From positions 248,001-312,000 of IMG/VR virus record IMGVR_UViG_3300043410_001892: DNA of 64,000 nt, one strand, 5' to 3'. The notes beneath the pieces are model-generated. The model did no database searches, had not been told where the DNA came from, and worked only from the letters and a program-made list of their open reading frames with translations. The position numbers were made by a program, and so were the translations under genes. Positions 60,401 to 64,000 of this stretch are shown here, piece after piece. Each line of letters starts with the position of its first letter. The stretch's first letter is position 1.

Positions 60401-63400
60401 GTATATTAGATGGGTTAAAGTATAACGTAATATAATCTGAAACAATAGTAGTTGAAACGAATGTATTTTTTTCAAATGCATATACATTAGCAATAGATGG
60501 ATTTGTGCTAAACCCAGTTCTACCAGTAATATAAATTAGTTCATCATACCATATTGGAGCAGTTGCACTTGTTATAGTTGATAATTCTTTACTTTGATAA
60601 TTTCCAATTTTAACTGAAGTTAGAGCCAATAATTGTTTAGCAACATTGCCTTGTTTAATTTGGTTATTATCATTTGTAAGTTTAACTAGTTGTTTTGCCA
60701 ATGTTCCGCTTACTGGAGCATCTACTAATTGACCTTGAAACTGTTTAACTTGTTTAATCAGTGGTACTGAATTTGGATCAGTATAAGTTACATCAGTTTG
60801 TGTAGTTGAACGACCCCATGTGAAGTACATTCCTGAGATAGGAGGAAATTCGCGTGGTGCTTCGATTGTTACTGAGTTAACAGTGGATGACACTACATTA
60901 AAGATTTGATTGTATCCAGTGTAAAGTTGTACAACACGAATTTTATCACCACCATTATATAAAGTTCTACCTGTGTATAACGTGATGTAATTAGATGCAA
61001 GAGCAGTTGGTAAAATGATGTTTAAATCAAACTCGTACCATGCTGCAACTGATGGATTTGTGCTATGTCCACTAATACCACTAACTGTAATCTGATCTGT
61101 ATACCATATTACGGTTGGGAATGTTATACTTGTTGCACGTTCTGTACTTGCATATTTTCTATCAGATGTAAGTTTGACAATTTGTTTTGCTAAGTTGCCT
61201 GAAGTAACAGTTGTTCTATCAGATGCTACTTTAACTGATAGTGTGGTACTACTTACTTTGATAGCACTTGGTTCAGCTTTAACTATTATTCCTTTTAATT
61301 TTACACTATCGGATGACATCTTAGCAAGTGTATCTCTTAGTGAAATTTTAGAATTTATTAATATTCCATTAGCAGGAGTTACACTTGATGAACCTAATCC
61401 GGCTGAACCTTTGTTTAATGGTCTTAGCATTGAATAGTACAAGTTTTCTCTTGAATTAGTTGGGATAACAGTAGTTACTACTTGAGATTGTAAGTATACC
61501 GAAGCAGTAATTCGTTCTATATACAAGTTATCCATTGGCAATATAGTTGCTGGTTGTAAGAAACTAATTGAATTGACTGTACCTGTAATTACTGTAGCAG
61601 TAATTGACATTAGGTCAGATGATATTTTTACAGTTGTGCCATTAGGATATGGAACTGCTAATTGCGTATCAAAGAATAATGTTTTAATAGTTGCAGGCGC
61701 AGATGTTGTAGTAATAACATTATTTTCAAACGTATACCACTGTAATATGTTGTTAGTTGCTGTTATTAAGTCAGATGTTTGTCTTGTAGCAAGTAATTTA
61801 AAATCACCTGTTATTTTCGTATCTTGGAAAACTTCAAGTCTGTTAGGTTGGCTAACATTTGTAACACCTGCAGCTCTATTACCAATTGAGTAATTAAATC
61901 CACGTAAGTTAGGTAATGTTTCAGTTGCGTACAAGTTTTCTCTTGGTAATGTAGTTTGAATAACAACACCGTATTGCATTAATTGTGAAGCAACTAATGA
62001 TCTACTGTATACTGGGTTTGAAACACTAACAATTGTCATACCGCTAATACTTGATGGAAAACCATCAACTTTTGCAAATGTTATGCTAAATGGTGTAGTT
62101 GATATTAGTTGTACAGTTGCAGAAAATCCACTTGATAACTGTTCAATTTTAACATAGTTGTTTTCATAGAATAGTTTAACTAAACCTTGTGTTGGACTAT
62201 TAAATGTTAATGTCTGTGTTAATCCAGGAGTTGGTGTAGTTGATGCAACTATTTGATTTTCGTAAATATACCAAGATACAATATCATAGACTGCAGATTG
62301 ACCAGTAACTGTTACTGGATTACCTTCAACTACATTATTAAAGTTAGATAACGCATACGATTTAACTGGGTCACTTGGTACAGTAAATTTACTGTTAGCT
62401 GTAGGAGAAGTTGAAATCCCAGTTGGAATACCAAGTGGATTCATTTTTGCATATATTACTACTGGTGTTGCATCACTAGAGTTTCCTGCATTAATATTAG
62501 ATAAAACGCCGTATACTTCTTTATAAGTTTTTGCACTATATTTTTGAGGTACTACTTTTGAATAGAAGAAGTAATCACATGGTCTTGATGCAGCACCATT
62601 TATAAGAATTGAATTTTGATCAATATAGTAATCAGTTGTAGCATATACCCCTATACCAGTATAGTTGATAGGAGGAAGTTGATCAATTTTAAGTTCGGGC
62701 AGTGTTGCAAGTTTATGTTTAAGTTTGGTTACTGTTTCAGTAGACAGTGCAATGTTATTACCTCTAACACCTAATTTAATCTTTGTTAACGCTGATGCAG
62801 GTGTTGCGAATACATGTGTATTTGTAACAGTAAGTTTCATAAGTTTAGAAACTAGTAATTGCGTTGGTTCAGATCTTACAGTTATTAGTTGTTTAGACAT
62901 ACTGCTCAATGATGATAGAGGATTAGGTGCAATTCCATTAACACTTCCGGTTAATTTAATAAAATTACCAATGAGTGGAAGAACTGGTAATGATTTAGCA
63001 AATATAACCTGCTTGCTTAATTGAGAATAACTAATATCTGCCGATACTGTTTTTAATTTTGTAATTGATTTAGACAACCCTGATGACACAGGTGCTTCAA
63101 ATACTTGAGAAGCTCCTGGTTTGTATTTTGTCATAGGTGACATAGAAATTACTGTTTTATCGGCTACTAATTTTGCTAATACTTTTTCTAATACAGCTGA
63201 TCTAAGGTTGTTTCCAGACCCAGTACCTATAATTCGTACTCCAGATCGCAATCCAGGGCTTAAATTAAAGTAGTATAGATTTTCTCGAGGATTAACCGGT
63301 GTAGTTACTAATGAAACATTTTCTTGAGGAAATACGGATTTTGTAAAGTTATCAATGTATGTCCCATCAGTAAGGAATGCGTCAGACGTATCTAATATTA

Positions 63401-64000
63401 CTGAATTGTTAGTACCTAATGCCACTGTGAATAATTTTGAATATCCATTTGTATTGTTTCTAAGTCTAATAGTGCTACCAGTTGGAAATGGTATTACGAT
63501 TTGATTTTCAAAATATACAGTTTTAACTAATACTGCAGATGTGCCATATGTTAAAATATCAGAGTCGAATGCATACCAAATACTTGTATTTGGATTTATA
63601 GTTATAAGATCAACTGATTGGCCAGTTATTGCAAAATTCTTATCACCAGTAAGAGCTTGATGTGTAAATGTTTCTAATTTGCTGTAGCTTGCTAATAAAC
63701 GAGAATCTGCAAAGAATTGAGAAGTAGAAAATTTTACACCTCTAAAGTTTGGCAAATTTTCAGATGCAAATAAGTTCTCACGGGCCTTAGTAAGATTAGA
63801 AGGAACACCTTTACTTAACATTTCTGACTGCACTACAGATTTTGGATATACTTCCATAGTAACATTTACTAATCTCAACGCTCCAGTATTTGTAGTAGGA
63901 AACCCGTCAACTACATCAAAAGTAATGCTTGCAACTGATGCTTCTCTAATTTGTACAATTGCACCAAACCCGGTTGTATCGTATGATATTTTAATTTTTT
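54474..64000 (-). CDS. giant repetitive virion protein (>3170 aa, 5' end outside the window)
   Basis: frame stays open from 63878 to the window edge; repeated RENL(F/Y) and S..WY.FE modules. Confidence 0.75.
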   Translation of the reverse strand, partial: KIKISYDTTGFGAIVQIREASVASITFDVVDGFPTTNTGALRLVNVTMEVYPKSVVQSEMLSKGVPSNLTKARENLFASENLPNFRGVKFSTSQFFADSRLLASYSKLETFTHQALTGDKNFAITGQSVDLITINPNTSIWYAFDSDILTYGTSAVLVKTVYFENQIVIPFPTGSTIRLRNNTNGYSKLFTVALGTNNSVILDTSDAFLTDGTYIDNFTKSVFPQENVSLVTTPVNPRENLYYFNLSPGLRSGVRIIGTGSGNNLRSAVLEKVLAKLVADKTVISMSPMTKYKPGASQVFEAPVSSGLSKSITKLKTVSADISYSQLSKQVIFAKSLPVLPLIGNFIKLTGSVNGIAPNPLSSLSSMSKQLITVRSEPTQLLVSKLMKLTVTNTHVFATPASALTKIKLGVRGNNIALSTETVTKLKHKLATLPELKIDQLPPINYTGIGVYATTDYYIDQNSILINGAASRPCDYFFYSKVVPQKYSAKTYKEVYGVLSNINAGNSSDATPVVIYAKMNPLGIPTGISTSPTANSKFTVPSDPVKSYALSNFNNVVEGNPVTVTGQSAVYDIVSWYIYENQIVASTTPTPGLTQTLTFNSPTQGLVKLFYENNYVKIEQLSSGFSATVQLISTTPFSITFAKVDGFPSSISGMTIVSVSNPVYSRSLVASQLMQYGVVIQTTLPRENLYATETLPNLRGFNYSIGNRAAGVTNVSQPNRLEVFQDTKITGDFKLLATRQTSDLITATNNILQWYTFENNVITTTSAPATIKTLFFDTQLAVPYPNGTTVKISSDLMSITATVITGTVNSISFLQPATILPMDNLYIERITASVYLQSQVVTTVIPTNSRENLYYSMLRPLNKGSAGLGSSSVTPANGILINSKISLRDTLAKMSSDSVKLKGIIVKAEPSAIKVSSTTLSVKVASDRTTVTSGNLAKQIVKLTSDRKYASTERATSITFPTVIWYTDQITVSGISGHSTNPSVAAWYEFDLNIILPTALASNYITLYTGRTLYNGGDKIRVVQLYTGYNQIFNVVSSTVNSVTIEAPREFPPISGMYFTWGRSTTQTDVTYTDPNSVPLIKQVKQFQGQLVDAPVSGTLAKQLVKLTNDNNQIKQGNVAKQLLALTSVKIGNYQSKELSTITSATAPIWYDELIYITGRTGFSTNPSIANVYAFEKNTFVSTTIVSDYITLYFNPSNIRNKTNRVRIRNTATSYDKVFIPVSSTYDSITIQDPGNFPAITGLYFVWGQDVTTTSVSYTANDSINIVKLFKASNIQTFEIPAVSNVTKQLTILRDAPVQLPSNSVKLKAIVVTGEPSKIKVSSTSISVKVIADKTTVTSGNLAKQIAKVVSVDKMYPSKGVASTVSTPTVIWGSNTPITGIKGISTNPSIQRWYAFESNTFITTTDLGNTITLYYGPTPYPLIGDKIRIMQPTVSYSQIFTIVSSTVNSVTITNPGNFPPINGMYAIWGTSTNIETVTYTNTNQTPIVEKFAVKSFVETSVPQVSKVLLQTMLRGDSIAYQAKPRLETFDNIGFTYDQPINVTQTIENTIPIIGRSATYTTNVISWYTTESNIFKLTNLAPSATVTLYFGPTTYSIGSSITLINYTTGYFKVVPVISSTTDSVTIATSDDLTSTSNLHIYINSTAIFPSYIGNGFGTYVKVASNTYNYALSFPVVSNTSYSVTFVKSRFYDTTNSIVTVTNASPFVYPGWQTSSATGHAPHDTYYKLLSRTLPTSVFVNDYNRTLAQDQTTLAVGKTTSTTKLTSVQNYASKTVSTVVTTPTVKWLSDVFYISGRSGISTTPSVANWYLRDDLYNTIKTYDSMENTLTLYFSNTRNFKIDKIRIILPAENYDRIFDLISYTTSSVTIAMPIAFPTISGMYMLMGTNTTTETVSYFDTNVIPFILKSPPAKLASAGIVPLVNKTSPSIVVRSDNTSFKVVTFKQLKTPITNTVVFETPKISSTRISTVLRSDATPVFTTSKVNQSTVVRGDTISYQVKPRLEVFENVKGVIENLTPVITSVDTAILISGRTKSTLNNVSTWYTYDSDILTITPLAAPVNITLTFTNTTGRTIGSTVTLIKYDTGYFKTVNVLSSTATSITILNDNIPDSELYIYFGTTVSFATQQSYIFRLNSTVTISMIDGGTYPVQVTATTFSTISFVKTSAFITTNAGTSIYSSSPSYFPQSLVFDATRPPVNARENLFYGLISPVLRSAKTYNAATTTNSVSTSKGDIRQQLFKLASDKSYASREVKSIVTTPVIKWNTPVAIIGTNSNSANTAAWYAFEFDKLTTTNLSSPNITLYFTDIFMPTIYNNISVRLIKDTGYSQTVTLISNTANSITIVKPIDFPSISNMFMQWGFDSVDATVSYTDNNNIYSISKFKSASYTTTETPVSNPVSQLLKLTADQAILKTNKVDRFTVPNNVILESPKVNFSTSKFVVKPDLSNILSNIIISTTDQRTVIVNTKPSTPSENLFYATMASGKYGKSTDNKRLADQLPTLKFGRNESVTANPNMFPIYFPTGIVNLGIGVRLSAPNEALFDLRIKPDPASLNNYYNVPTNVSVNLFNESKSSIIDWLIFEYTNVISEVVDNVGTTRTLFFAFEGVDKRFYTGHFVKIEQVDGSFSEVVEVIDSTLFSITINSIPNFPKGPIRIVSVTSPVYSKDYASSVLMPQGIIRQSTLPRENLFAAENQPNLRGVSFYNSVSLGAIGVSKTDRLEVFPADTIPGDFKIRVSLQSVDTTTTSTDTANWYANENDILHYLTGVNTVKTLYFDAQTFVPFPTGSLVKITNYPYSIYVTVIAGTTNSITIPQPTDLYVTDNLYIEKAVSSIYPQDLVVTIAPPVSPKENLYYSRIKPLNKALFHNVGELRNNNSLSSVTLPKTGIRGEPNKFTVNSTAITYNAKGEPNKFTVSKVVSATKLTSIESYVSKEVESTTVSSYLSWSNVPIYVNGINGRSTLPTIAEWYAFEERNDILSIIDSSAAYVTLYINPIPMTIDSRYIRILQPNSGYDRIFSIESVSADSVIIKNPYDLPSTSGMFFVWGKTVNQSVSTFTNNNRTPRINIFKSRSIPVFESPIWSTLSKQVVKLTSDINKFTVNTGVKYNIIRADNSFLNTVLAPKVETVAEKGIGTKIRFNDMTRIMIDSRGRVDKFITSNYHTIMNGDGVSTQKKETIQFWN

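Overview
AT-rich 64 kb segment of a large T4-like/jumbo tailed phage genome with no bacterial core-gene blocks and almost all genes on the minus strand. It carries pmoC, so the host is probably a gammaproteobacterial methanotroph. The window holds 11 tRNAs, a permuted tmRNA, translation, RNA-repair and proteostasis genes (infA, pth2, GlyRS-like core, two RNA ligases, clpP, clpS, dnaK, groES, hsp20, ppiC), NAD salvage genes, ho1-pcyA, a csgF-csgG-curlin-FecR-CHASE2 adenylate cyclase block and large virion genes at the right end. The most striking signal is non-coding. (1) Twelve copies of a Y-RNA-like element share a 7-bp terminal stem, an NN-(A/G/T)C(A/T)GC motif and a 3' G. Four enclose circularly permuted tRNA bodies, and one minimal copy sits on the Shine-Dalgarno of a DUF2828/TROVE-like vWA gene, suggesting a Ro60-like protein plus decoy-RNA system with autoregulation. 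(2) A ~290-nt RNA mimics the 23S rRNA GTPase-associated (L11-binding) centre, with compensatory base pairs and a large structured insertion. All calls come from reading motifs by eye; no database searches were run.
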